Shown: piece after piece, positions 38,666-51,027 of the stretch
Layout of the letters: each line of letters opens with the position of its first letter
How positions within the stretch are numbered: the first letter of the stretch is position 1
Assembly (NCBI RefSeq): GCF_006345805.1
Contig: NC_043012.1
Coordinates: 33,852,001-33,916,000, forward strand
DNA length: 64,000 nt
Direction of reading: 5' to 3'
Origin: Octopus sinensis
Taxonomy: Eukaryota
Made by a program: the position numbers and the translations under genes
Notes under the pieces: model-generated
Seen by the model: the letters and a program-made list of their open reading frames with translations, nothing else
What the model was told of the DNA's origin: nothing
The model's database searches: none

Positions 38666-39292
38666 TGAGAGAGAGAGAGAGGAGGGTGTCTTTTCTTATC
38701 TGGATTTTTGTAAAAGCAACATATTACAATTATAAAAAAAAAATTCAGGTTTCAAAACAAGAAACACCAAAAGAACCGGAGAACTTCCATACATGCCAAA
38801 CTGGACTGAAAGGAAAAAACTAATAATAATAATGATGCTGATGATGATGATGATTTCTTTTATTTGTTACAAGGGTAAAGGATGAGGTGGGGAACAATAA
38901 ATACTGAGGCAGACATAAAATCTGGTTATTTATATAGAACAGAATCTAAGTATATAGGTGTAGACATGTAGACATGGCTGTTTGGCAAGAAGGATACTTC
39001 CCAAGGCATAGTTCTAGGTTCAGCTCCCACTGTGTGGCACGTAAAAAGCACCAACCGATCGTGGCCATTGCCAGCCTCCCCTGGCACCTGTGCTGGTGGC
39101 ACGTAAAAAGCACCCACTACACTCACGGAGTGGTTGATGTTAGGAAGGGCATCCAGCTGTAGAAACACTGCCAGATCAGACTGGAGCCTGGTGCAGCCTC
39201 CAGGCTTCCCAGACACCAGTCGAACCATCTAACCCATGCCAGCATGGAAAGCGGACGTTAAACGATGATGATGATGATATATACATACATAC

Positions 39293-40020
39293 ATGGGAGT
39301 CGCCAAAAGAAACCGGAATTTTGCAATATTATTTTATTCACTTGGTTTTACATGTTTACACTTTGACCACCTTCAGAATATTCTCCATTTGAAGCAACAC
39401 ATCAGTCCAGATGCGTTTTCCCCTATTCAAAGCAATGCAGGAATTCTTGCAAAGTGATGCCTTTTAATGCCTCTGAGCATTTTCTTCACTTCTCCCACAT
39501 CTTCAAATTCCATAGCACCAGCTTTTATCACCTGTGATGACCTTCAAAAAATGGTTCGGATCAACTTCCAGCAATTCCTTCAGTTTGCAACATGCATTCA
39601 GTCAAGATTGCTTTTGATCTTCTGTGAGCAAGCAAGGCACAAATTTTACTGCAACTATTTTTTTTCTCATTTGCAATTCCTCACTCAGAATTCATTGGCA
39701 GGTGCTCCAGAACACGCCAGCCATACCAACATGTTTGTTAATTGTTTGGTGATAATCCTCCAAGACCAGTTCATGTATTTTCATGTTTTCATTGGTTCAG
39801 GCGGTCAACAGTAACCTTGAATGAGGTTAGTCTTCAAGAAATAACTGACCATTCCTAAAGCATGGAAACCACTCATAAACTTGTTTTGCTCATGGCAGTT
39901 TCCTTGTAAGCTGTTTGAAGTAGGACAACTGTTTTCATTGCCATTTTCCCCAGAAGAAAACAGAATTTCATGGTAACACACTGTTCTTTCGTTTCAGCCC
40001 ATTTTCAGCATTTATTGTAC
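39293..40020 (-). mobile_element. Internally deleted mariner element
   Basis: Minus strand: KEQCVTMKFCFLLGK...QVYEWF...VITGDKSWCYG joined directly to FEDVGEVKK...ALKGITLQEF...CVASNGEYSEG. Confidence 0.85.
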
Positions 40021-40640
40021 CTGTGCATCTTATGCATACAAAGATTAGTCTCCTTGTTAACCTTCCTCTGATATTGCTGCACCTTTAATGTGTCCAATGC
40101 TTACACTGCATGCATCTTATGGAGTTTCTACCTACACCTTTTCTACAGATTGAGCAGGGCCATCTACCTGAAGAGATTTGTGATTTGTCTGCCTTCCTAC
40201 TCACTAAGACTTTGGTTTTTGTTAGGTTAACTCTAAGGCCTTTCCTTCAATTCTAGATCTTGCTTCCATACCTGGAACTTTTCTAGTTCAGGTAGTGATT
40301 CAGCTATAAGAAGAAGGTCAACGGCATAGAGGAGCCCCTAGGGGCAGCCTGTCTTAAATTCCTCTGTTATTGCTTGGAGGACTATGATGAACAAGAGGGA
40401 GCTGAGCATTGATCTTTGGTGAACCCCTACAAGTACCTTGAATTCTTCACTGTACTTATTGCCAACCTACCTTACTGGTAGCATCTCTGTACATAGCTTG
40501 TACAGCTCTCACTAACCATTCATCTGTCCCTAGTTTCCACATTAACCACCAGATAAGGGATTGGGAAACTCTGTCAAAGCATTTCTCCAAGTCAACAAAG
40601 GCCAAGAACAGACAATTATCTTTGGCTAGGTAATTTCTCC
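40020..40640 (-). mobile_element. RTE-clade LINE ORF fragment (RT domain to Cys-rich region), decayed
   Basis: VDLEKCFDRV, GVHQRSMLSSLLFIIVLQAITEEFKTGCP, LLYAVDL, GRWPCSICRKGVGRNSIRCMQC. Confidence 0.85.
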
Positions 40641-40899
40641 TGATGACAACAACGATGATGACGACGACAGTGATGACAATGATGATGATGATGCATATCT
40701 ATATAGAAATGTATTTTTTAAAAAGTACAATAAAGTACAATTATTAAAAAGAGAATATATATATATTTTTTAACTAAGACATAAAAGATTTTTCCAGGCT
40801 AGGCTGTGTTTAGGGCTCTCCATGACCCATTCACTTAAACAGTTCTCAAATTCTGATTGAGTGCAATTGAACTGAGGAATCTAATGTTGAAAAAAAAAA

Positions 40900-41690
40900 G
40901 GTATTCCACTTGAAGGTATTCCACTCTACCTCCTGTGTGCCCCATAGCTTACATTGGGCATAGCATATGGAGTTTACATCCGTTCCTTTTCCACATACAG
41001 AACACGACCATTTTCCTAACAACACCAAGATTCTGTCTTCTTTTCTACTCATTAACAACTGAATCTTTACCAAGTGTATCTTGGGGCTTCTCGGTTCTAG
41101 GTTTAGCTTCCATGCCTGGAATTTCCCTTTTAATTTCTCTATGGATTCAGTTATGTGAAATAAATCCGTAGTTTGCATGGACAGCTTGTCTTAAGCTCTT
41201 CTGTGATGGCTTGCAGGATAGGAATGAATAGAAGAGAGCTGAATACTGAGCCTTTGAGAATTCATGGAAGAAGTCCATCTGTCCTTCTGCAACGGCGCTT
41301 GTGGTGCTTTGGCCATGCATGTAGGCGTCCGGTGGGTGAACTGAGTCATGATGTCCTTCTCCCAACTCCACTTCCCAACTGGCGGAAGCGCGTGGGCAGG
41401 CAGCTGAAGACCTGGGCTACGATGATCAAGGAGGACCTCTCTGTGCTCACGGGTCTGCAGGTGGACGGCCTGCGCGGATGGAACCGTGACTGGCTCGCTA
41501 TCTCCAATGAACTGGTGCAGGACCGTCGTGCGTGGGCTGCCATGGTTCGAGACGCCTCGAGGGTGATAGAAGAAGCCGACTCAACCCGCCCAGGGTGAAT
41601 GTCACCACAAGTAAAAGTACAAGTAAGAATACTGAGCCTTAACAGACCCTTGCATTCACATTGAATTTGTAGCTGAAATCCTTTTTGATT
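40900..41690 (-). mobile_element. Second RTE-clade RT fragment, interrupted by a nested LINE
   Basis: ORF 40846..41178 (KFQAWKLNLE...GKWSCSVCGKG); the frame continues across the insertion as ARVC*GSVFSSLLFIPILQAITEELKTSCP. Confidence 0.8.
41255..41626 (+). mobile_element. 5'-truncated RTE LINE 3' end with 14-bp TSD
   Basis: RRLWCFGHACRR...WRKRVGRQLKTW...DRRAWAAMVRDA...STRPG*, then a caagtaaaagtacaagta tail; TSD gaatactgagcctt at 41241-41254 and 41627-41640. Confidence 0.9.
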
Positions 41691-42531
41691 CATAATTTAC
41701 TTACTGCATCTTTGTTCATTGCTTACACATTCCTTACAAGCCATGTGTCTACACCTAGTATCCTTATATATGAGTACATATTCTTTTGTTTGAGAACAAT
41801 AAACCTTACAAGAATCTGTTTCAATATATATTGTGTCTTATCAAAGGTCAGAAGTAAAGAGATTCTGGAAATTAACAGCATTTATACAAAAGTTTAAAAA
41901 CTAGAATACAATACTAATGCAATGTTATACACACACACACACAAACCATTTTAAATTGGTAAAAAAGAGAAAAATTATAAATGCATTGTATGAAAGAGAA
42001 AACTATTTGAGGAGGGGACTTTTCATACAGAAATTCTATCTGGATTATTATGAAATTAATAGTACATAGTTAAATTCAAGGAGCAATTTTTTTTTTTGGT
42101 TGATAGTTATAAGTGGAACATTCCAAACAATTAAACAACCTCCATTTATAAATTATTTATAATCACAGAAAGAAAAAAATATCAGGAGAAAATAACAGAC
42201 AAATGAATATTGGTAATCAATCAAATTGCCCTGATGAGGGGGTATGAAAACAGACCAATGGATAGATTAACAGACAGATATATTTAATTATTAAATATAT
42301 TACATTACAAAATTAAAGTTTACAAATAATGAATCCTCCTCAATGTAGAAGGATTAGATATTTTGGATAAGGTGTAGGTGTGGCTGTGGGGTAAAAAGCT
42401 TGCTTCCAACAACATGGTTCCAGGTTCAGTCTTGCTGCTTGGTCAAGTATCTTCCACTATCGTCCCAGGCCAATCAAAGCCTTGTGAATGGATTTGGTAA
42501 AAGAAGTTTGTCGTGTGCATGTGTGTGTGTT

Positions 42532-42570
<39 letters not shown>

Positions 42571-43814
42571 TGTGTGTGTGTGTGTCTTTGTGTTTGTCCA
42601 GCCAGTACCACTTGACAACCAGTGTTGGTATGTCTATGGTCTATGTCCATGTAACTTAGCAGTTCAGCAAAAAAAGACTGATAAAACAAATACCAGGCTT
42701 AATGAAATGTAAGTACTGGGATTAATTCATTCAACTAAAAATTCTTCAAGGCAGTGCCCCAGCATGGCCACAGTCTAATGACTGAAATAAGTGAAAGAAA
42801 AAGATAAAAGAAAGAAGGTAAAACATCTTTTGGCAGTCATAAGGCAACATTGGGTTTGACTTGAAACAGGCCAGGATAAAGATGACCAGAGTATCGTGAA
42901 TTGCTTTCTGGTACATTTCTGTTGTAAAATAAAATAAATTTATAACTGAGTCAAATGGAAAAGGATGGCATTGTTGCTCTTTCTTAGGGTCTCGAACTAG
43001 TGGAGGAACAAAAAAAAATTTTTTTTTAAATCAAATGGAAATTGTAGTTGTGATACCAGTGCCGGTGGCACGTAAAAGAACCATCTGAACCTGGCTGTAG
43101 CCAGCGCCGCCTCGACTGGCCTCAATGCCGGTGGCATGTAAAAAGCACCAACTGATCATGGCCGTTGCCAGCCTCCCCTGGCACGTAAAAAGCACCCACT
43201 ACACTCATGGAGTGGTTGGTATTAGGAAGGGCATCCAGCTGTAGAAACACTGCCAGATCAGACTGGAGCCTGGTGCAGCCTCCTGGCTTCCCAGGCCCCG
43301 GTTGGACCGTCCAACCCATGCTAGCATGGAAAGCGGATGTTAAACGATGATGATGATGATGATAAGAAAGGCAATATACCAAGATAATGAGTTATCTTCA
43401 GTTCTGAAATTTGTTTCTAACACTTGTAACAGCAGTGCTGGCTTTCAAGATCCTGCTCCGGGCCTCTTCATCAATGTTAACGGTTCCCAATAGAGTATTG
43501 TGATGTTGAGCAATCTGTCAACTGCTTGTGGTTATCATCATCGTTTAATGTCCGTTTTCCATACTAGCATGGGTTGGACGGTTCGACCGGGGTCTGGGAA
43601 GCCAGGGGCTGCACCGGGCTCCAGTCTGATCTGGCAGTGTTTCTACAGCTGGATGCCCTTCCTAACGCCAACCACTCCTTCAATTTCTGCAATTTCAACC
43701 AATCAATGACGTCTATTGATGTTAAAACATTCTGTGCCGTATGAATATGTCCCTCGTTTAAGAAACAGATTGGGTTTATTTACATTTCTGAAAAAAAAAA
43801 GTTACCCTCCCCCA

Positions 43815-43843
43815 CCCCTAACCCTAACTAACCCTAACCCTAA
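43815..43843 (+). repeat. Telomere-like (CCCTAA)n block inside a GGATC-family element
   Basis: ccctaaccctaacctaaccctaaccctaa. Confidence 0.8.
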
Positions 43844-44193
43844 AACAGATTGAAATGCAATAGATCGATACTAGGGTCATAATTATGGGTGACAATTTCA
43901 TATGACACCGCTAGAAAAACCTGCCGTTCAAACCGAAAAGATCCGTCTGAAAATAACGAGATAATCACAGGTGGTTCAAGATGGACTGGACTAGAGAATA
44001 ACAAAATCTGTAATTAAAACATCGTTTCTGTAGAATGAAGCATTTGATCTTCTACGGCAAAATATGATCTCTACAGAAGCTTGGTAAGGAGTACACTAAA
44101 GGCTAGTATATTCCCGTCGTAAGGTGTGCTAGATGTCACTGGAAATTATTGTTGAAGACGCTCTGCTACAGGATTACTAAAATATATTTCGAG

Positions 44194-44428
44194 AGGCGGC
44201 GAGCTGGCAGAAACGTTAGCACGCAGGGCGAAATGCTTAGCGGTATTTCGTCTGTCGTTACGTTCTGAGTTCAAATTCCGCCAAGGTCAACTTTGCCTTT
44301 CATCCTTTCGGGGTCGATAAATTAAGTACCAGTTACGCACTGGGGTCCATGTAATCGACTTAATCCCTTTGTCTGTCCTTGTTTGTCCTCTCTGTGTTTA
44401 GCCCCTTGTGGGGTAATAAAGAAATATA
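44194..44428 (+). mobile_element. SINE family A, full length; other copies at about 1266-1490(+), 47855-48072(-), 49110-49505(-, cluster), 54500-54735(-), 59482-59685(+)
   Basis: ggcggcgagctggcagaaacgttagcacg...ttgtggg.aataaagaaata. Confidence 0.92.
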
Positions 44429-45188
44429 TATTTCAAGGGGTAATAGGAATTCAAATTGAACTGCATCTCTCTTGGAATAAAAATTATGTTTTAAAAACTG
44501 CTTGTCTTTTTCTTTTTTCGTCCTAGGGCGGTTTCGTCCTCAGGGGGTTTTCTTTGGGATTTTTTCTTTCTTGGGAATTTTGTCCTAGATTTGAATATAA
44601 GATTTAAGGAGAGGTACACTTTGGTTCTACCAGTAGTTAATACTAGACTGTCAACGTACCAACCTTTTTATAATCTCATTCGTCGCCTGTTTCAATCATA
44701 TTTACTAAAGAAACATCATTCATTCATACGCCTCTGTATTGGCTTACGAATGTATTGTATGAACTAATAACCAAAAGTATTTAGTGTCCCACGAGTGCTT
44801 CTTTGAAGCCTGAGCTGAGGAGTGAACAGTTATTCATAAACCACACTATACTGATACTCTAGGATTTATTTCCAACGGCTGATTACACAGGGATTAACTC
44901 CAACACTATGTTTAATCCCCTCCTATTAAAATGTAAATCTTTCATCCAAATAATATCATTAGTTGAGAGTGTAAACAAGTACTATAATACAAGAAAGGGT
45001 GTGCCTGTCTTTTTCTGTGTCTGAACAACAATAAGAAACATTGTGTCTTTGCTACTAATTAAGATATTAGGCCAACGAACATTATGGATCACCTAACATA
45101 GGACCAAAAGTTTGACAAATAGTTAACGTTAAAGGATTTCTAAAAGAAACACTCTATATTATTATTTCGTGTTTATTGCAAATATTTT

Positions 45189-45964
45189 GAATCTTTTCGC
45201 TTTGACCGGCAGATTTTAAAAATAATTTCTTTGTAACTAAACACTTTTAAACTTCGTATACTGGTAGAATGTGTTTATAAAACATCTTTTTCTCTTGGCT
45301 TTCTTGAGAAAACTCTGTAGTTTGTAAGCTATTTCTTGTTTATTTTCTTGCATTTTGGCAATATTTTCATTATTTTTCTGAGTTTGAGGAAAACATTCTG
45401 AGAGGAGAATCCATGTGTGCCACTAACAGAAAAGTCTAGACTCTCCATAGTTATTGGTTTTTGCCAATTCCATTGTCGTTTCCCTGTGTTCTTGAACTTT
45501 TACAATTATTGACTCTGTTCAAAATTGAAATTCGATTCCAAATTAATTCTTTTTTCAAACATTTTATTGATGTTTTAGAAATTTTGTCTAATTCTTCAAA
45601 CTGGTCAGGGACCCAGACGTTCCTTCAAAACGTCTGGAAATTTTTGTTATATCTGTTGAGAAACGACCGTGCGTAAAGGAGTTGGTGACAGAAATGTTGG
45701 ATCTTTTCACTTTGACCGGCACAAAATGTTGTTGACAAAGAACAGCAGAAATCGTATTCACCTCAATAGACGTCATTGATTGGTTGAAATTGCTGAAATG
45801 CAAGAAATTTAACAAGAAAAAAGCTTACAAACTACAGAATTTTCTCAAGAAAGCCAAGAGAAAAAGATGTTTTATGTAACACATTCTACCAGTATACGAA
45901 GTTTAAAAGTTTTTAGTTACAAAGAAATTATTTTTAAAATCTGCCAGTCAAAGCGAAAAGATCC
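45189..45964. repeat. Foldback with about 165-bp inverted arms of the GGATC MITE family
   Basis: 45189-45350 is the reverse complement of about 45800-45964 with few mismatches; no TSD found. Confidence 0.85.
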
Positions 45965-46099
45965 TAATTCTGGGGGGAAAGGAGTAATTAGATGTTTTGT
46001 AATACTTTTAATATTTTTTTTTCTTTTCTTCCCATTAAAAATATGTCGCTAAATATAAAGTATAGGCCAACCACAACTTTTCTTTATATTTTAGCAAAA

Positions 46100-48500
46100 T
46101 AAATAATTCTTCATTTTATTCCATACAATATTTAACAAAAATAACGTGAGGCTTTCTCTTTAAATCTGAAATGTAAAATTTTGCCGGGTTTGGCAAGGAT
46201 GGGCGGCTTGAATTCTTTACCATCGCTTTTTTCATAAACAAATTTAATTTATATCTAAATCTATTATACTGATATAACAGCGAGGATCAGTTATGAAAAT
46301 CGCATTAATCTTAAACCTTAAATTGATTTCACACAAATCAATAGGAATTAAAGTGATTTTTGTTGGATCGGCCTACAATTATTTTAATGTGTTGCCTGAC
46401 TACAACTACCACGATAATTACTGAATGACACATGAATTCGGGTTGTTATACGGAAAATAAGAGTTGTGTACAGGGAGTTTTGTTTCCAGTCGAGAATTGT
46501 AATCAAAGTGTGAAGTTAAAAACATCGAGAAATAATCTATCGCGCTTCTAATACAGACTTTAACCTTTATTTCTTGAGCAAGAAATGTCGATTTTCAGAT
46601 GATCGGGATATAGTGATGTCTAAGAGCTGAATGTAAACGCTAACCGGTTCCTATTAAAGACCGCCTTCTGGATACTTTTCTAGGAATAAATGGATAAATT
46701 TTTTATTCGAAATATGAACAGGAATATATTTTACGAAAGACGAAGAAAAAAATACAGCAAAAAGAAAAGAAAGAAAGAAATCATCTACGCAGCAGGAAGT
46801 GCTTCTGTTGGTCGCAACACCACGAGGCTCAACGGAACCTACTGAGGCAAAGCAGCACGGGTGAGGTCATGGAATTGGAAAAGCCAAGCACCCTCACGGA
46901 CATCATCTGACACCTCGGTAAGGCGAACTGCCAACGATGACAGGTACTTCACTGTTAGCGGTCCTGTCCCTCCAAACGTTTCAAACGCCACGTGTTGGAA
47001 GAAATGGTTCACTGCTAAGTCCCGATACTAGTTCTTTACTGGAATGGTACTGGAATAAAGGAAAGGCAAATTTGTCCACAGACAGGGTCGAAGTTAGCGG
47101 AATAAGGAAATTAATTTCCTTATTCCGCTAATTTGAAATTGCGTAACTGCAAATGCTTCGGTTATGTTTCTTATATTCTTTATCGAAGACATACCCTTTC
47201 TCATTGGAGGAGGACAGGAAACCATATCGCTCTGATATCCTCTTCGTTATCGTTATCGTTTCTATTCTAAAATGTAAAACATATTAAAATTGAAAAAGAC
47301 CAAAATGCTTGGGATAATTATCTTGGATGAAGAAATGAAAATAACCAATCAAGACGTTGGTTCCAACAACGACCAGAAGAAAACAGTGACCAATTCTATC
47401 TAACTTTAAAGACATTAGTAAGTAATTTTGTTTTAATTTTCCCTCTTTCTACTAAATAATTGACCCAGCTGCTTAAATTTCTCCTTCAAAATAAAATACA
47501 AAGAAATTTTTAGAACTGAAAGAAATTTTTCTTCTTCTTCTTATGAATAACCATGCCTTTTTAATTAAATTAACAATGTCTTGAAATTTATTTAAAACAC
47601 AAAAAATATACAAGACTTTATAGTGAGTAATCGAAAAATTAATAACTGTTGAGGAATTGACTCAGAAATATTAAAATATTTCCGTTAAATAATCAATAAT
47701 ATTGATTCTTCACCAATCGATATCATCGATACAGAAACTAAATTTATTTTCCGAAACTTCACTGTTCCCCAACCTCCTTTTGTAAATGTGTCATTTTAAT
47801 ATTTCTGAACATTTTCTCGAAATTGCATGTTTAAACATCAAATAACACAATATATATATTTCTTTACTACCCACACGGGGCTAAAAATAGAGGGGACAAA
47901 CAAGGTCAGACAAAGGTATTAAGTCGATTATATCGACCCTAGTGTGTAACTGGTACTTAATTTATCGACCCCGAAAGGATGAACGGCAAAGTCGACTTCG
48001 GCGGAATTTGAACCCTGAACGCAACGGCAGACGAAATACGGCTACGCATTTCGCCCGGCGTGCTAAAGATTCTAGACGTTGCTAAATGTCGTGCTTTTCA
48101 ACAGTGTTCCAATTGTGACCCCTGTCCCCTTTCAAACACGATTACTTTGTCTTTCTGAAGCTAAAAGCGCCCTTATGCTTCAACCTGCGTATTTTTTTTA
48201 AAGGACGCGTTGTCTAATGTAATCCGGATTATAACTCCGCCTGAAAAATAAAGATAGGATGACTATGGATGAAAAATTACCTTGATTAGAGATTATCTGG
48301 GGCTGAACAACAACTAATACAAGCGACAAGTTCGTGTGTGTGTTTACTGCTGTGGACGAAAAATGCTTAAAATAGCAGCTTTCGTCCTCTATAACAAACA
48401 TTTTAAATAAGAGGCGGGTGGACATGGGTGGCGTGTCGTTAATCATAGGTTTTCTGCATAAAAAGCTGGCGGGCTAAACAACTAATGACAGTCATCATAA
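46100..48500. promoter_or_regulatory. CpG-enriched unique region, possible promoter or first exon of an unidentified gene
   Basis: Visibly more CG dinucleotides than the flanks; candidate donors (cg|gtaagg 46917, tta|gtaagt 47418); no recognisable ORF. Confidence 0.3.
47094..47131. repeat. Perfect 38-bp palindrome
   Basis: TTAGCGGAATAAGGAAATT|AATTTCCTTATTCCGCTAA. Confidence 0.95.
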
Positions 48501-49931
48501 CCTACGGAGAATTCCATATATGGGCTCTCTCTCACCCTCTCCCTCTGCTAGAAATAGCAGTTAAATCATTACTAAAACACCATCATAGTCACCTGGATCA
48601 ATGCTGAACAGGGCCAACAACAAAAACAGACTACTGTTCCATCTAGGCGATGATATAACTGCTATTTCTAGTCTATCGAGTGACCACTTAAAACGATCCC
48701 TTCTGATTTTTTTGTTATTTTTTTCCCCTATTCGATAAGTTTGGAGAAAGGGGTTGTGTTCATGACGCCTACATAGACTGATGATTAGTTTCAGGCTAAG
48801 GGAGGTGGTAACACCAAGAATACCAAGAGGTGGAAAGACAAGTAGGTTGGAGCTATGAGAACAACCAACCCCGAGTAATGATAGAAAAGGCAGTGAAACA
48901 AGACAGCACGTCCTTTAATGAGTGAATCCCATTTAGCCAAGTGTTTCTCATTTGGCTGGGGTCTAGGGTACCATGTGCATAACGGCAGTACCATCTTAGA
49001 TGTGGGAGCAGTATTTTATTGCAGGTCTCGTTTGAGCCTTGCAGAACATTAGCAGCTGAAATAGGAGCTGAAATATTTTCTGTCTCTGAAGAAAAGGGTC
49101 AGTCTTTTGGATGCAGTCCTATCATAAAGGTACTTATTGTATTGACCTCAAAAGGATGAAAAGCAAAGTCGACCTTGGTGGGATTTGAACTCAAAACTTT
49201 CAAATGAATGAAATACTGCTCAGCATTTTGTCTGCTGTGCTAATGATTCACCCAACCTGCCTTCTTAATAGCAACAATAATAATCCTTTCTACTAAAAGT
49301 GCAAAGCCTGAAATTTGGTGGGGAGGGGGGCCTAGTCGATTACATCAACCCCCAGTACTCCACTGGTACTTAATTTATCAACTCCGAAAGGATGAAAGGC
49401 AAAGTCGACCTTGGTGGAATTTGAACTCAGAATGCAAAAATAGAGAAATTTCTGCAATGCATTTCGCATGACATGCTAATGATTCTGCCAGCTCACTGCC
49501 TTAACAACAACAACAACAACAACAACAATAATAATAATGATGATGATGATGGAAAGTAGACATGGCTTAATGTTGCTTATTCTTTGATGAATGTCTTTAG
49601 AATTAAAGAAATATAGAGTAACTGTTAAAAGTACAAAGTACAGATGAAAAGGTAAAAGAAGAAGAAGAGAAGTACAGAGAAGGTTTTTACTCGTTAGACT
49701 GTGTTCCATCAACCATGAAATGAAATTCTAAAAAACCTGATTACTTCTCTTTTATACTGTTTCATCATCTTCTCACTGTTGTTTTTCTCTTTCATGTTCT
49801 TCATCATCATCAACTTACTTATGCTCAAAAGCATGCTTTTTTTGTGCTAACATTTTCTTGCATCAACTTGCACTTTAAATGTAATGTGTGTTGTATATGG
49901 ATGTAACATTTATAGGAAGTTATGATGTCTA

Positions 49932-50290
49932 CTAGCACTATGACCTGGCAACGCCGGGTCATAGTGCTATGCATTTACAGCTGCATGCGTGCGCGCATAC
50001 ACATGAGTTCTGTCCAAATCTCCAACCAATCACATACAGCTAGCTGGCATTCAATTGGCGTATCAAGTTTCGGGCATTTTGATTGGGTTTTGGATAGAAA
50101 ATTCACAAAAAAGTAACTTCTATTGATTTTTTAATGGCTTTGCAGGGTGACTGGGGAAATGTAAAGATGTGCACGACCACCCTTGGACGGTTTTGAATGA
50201 CCATAGAAAGTGCGAGCCCTCTAACTGAAAAATTGTGGATTTGTACAAAGGACACACAGACAGACATTTTGCCGTTTATATATAGAGAGA
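49932..50290 (-). mobile_element. Non-autonomous Helitron-like element
   Basis: Minus strand starts TCtctctatatataaacggcaaaatgtctgtctgtg and ends with a 15-16 bp hairpin (49934-49968) and CTAG|T. Confidence 0.8.
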
Positions 50291-50669
50291 TGACGTTGGA
50301 TTTAATTGTTTAGCGTTCAAAGCAACCTAACTGCATTCCGTCAGTTGTGACAATGAGGGTTCCAGTTGATCCGATCAATGGAACAGCCTGCTTGTGAAAT
50401 TAACGTATAAGTGGCTGAGTACTCCACAGACATGTGTACTCTTAACGTAGTTCTCAGGTAGATTCAATGTGACAGAGAGTGCGACAAGGCTGGCCTTTTG
50501 AAATACAGTTACTACTCACTTTTGCCAGCTGAGTTGACTGCAGCAACATGAAATAAAGTGTCTTGCTCAAGAACACAATGTGTGACAGGGAATCAAACTC
50601 GTGACCTTGCAATCACGAGCCAAAAACCCGAACCAATAAGCCATATGTCTTCAGAACAACCATATCCAA

Positions 50670-51027
50670 GGCGTAGGAGTGGCTGTGTGGTAAGTAGCTT
50701 GCTTACTGACCACATGGTTCAGGGTTCAGTCCCACTACGTGGCACCTTGGGCAAGTGTCTTCTACTATAGCCTCGGCTTGACCAAAGCCTTGTGAGTGGA
50801 TTTGGTAGACGGAAACTGAAAGAAGCCCGTCATATATATGTGTCTGTGTTTGTCCTCCCAACATTGCTTGACAACCGATGCTTGTGTGTTTACGTTCCCG
50901 TAACTTAGCAGTTCGGCAAAAGAGACCGATAGAATAAGTACTAGGCTTACAAAGAATAAGTCCTGGGGTCGATTTACTCGACTAAAGGTGGTGCTCCACT
51001 GACTGAAACAAGTAAAAGAGTAAAAGA
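50670..51027 (+). mobile_element. tRNA-derived SINE family B (CORE-like centre); other copies at about 4560-4800, 22440-22800(-), 27200-27480(-), 33775-34050, 42371-42810, 56450-56665, 56925-57200, 57755-58110, 59990-60170(-), 60644-61018, 61670-61820
   Basis: ggcgtaggagtggctgtgtggtaag...ggttcagtcccact.cgtggcaccttgggcaagtgtcttc...cagcatggcc.cagtc.aatgactgaaacaagtaaaag. Confidence 0.9.

Noticed and set aside
42226-42255. CTGATGAGGGGGTATGAAAAC as a hammerhead
   Set aside because: No stem II or stem I pairing.
46905-46935. cctcggtaaggcgaactg resembles the 3' end of the genomic HDV ribozyme (CCTCGGTAATGGCGAA)
   Set aside because: I could not build P1/P3/L3/P1.1: only a 4-bp P2 is available and there is no YCC-containing L3 loop.
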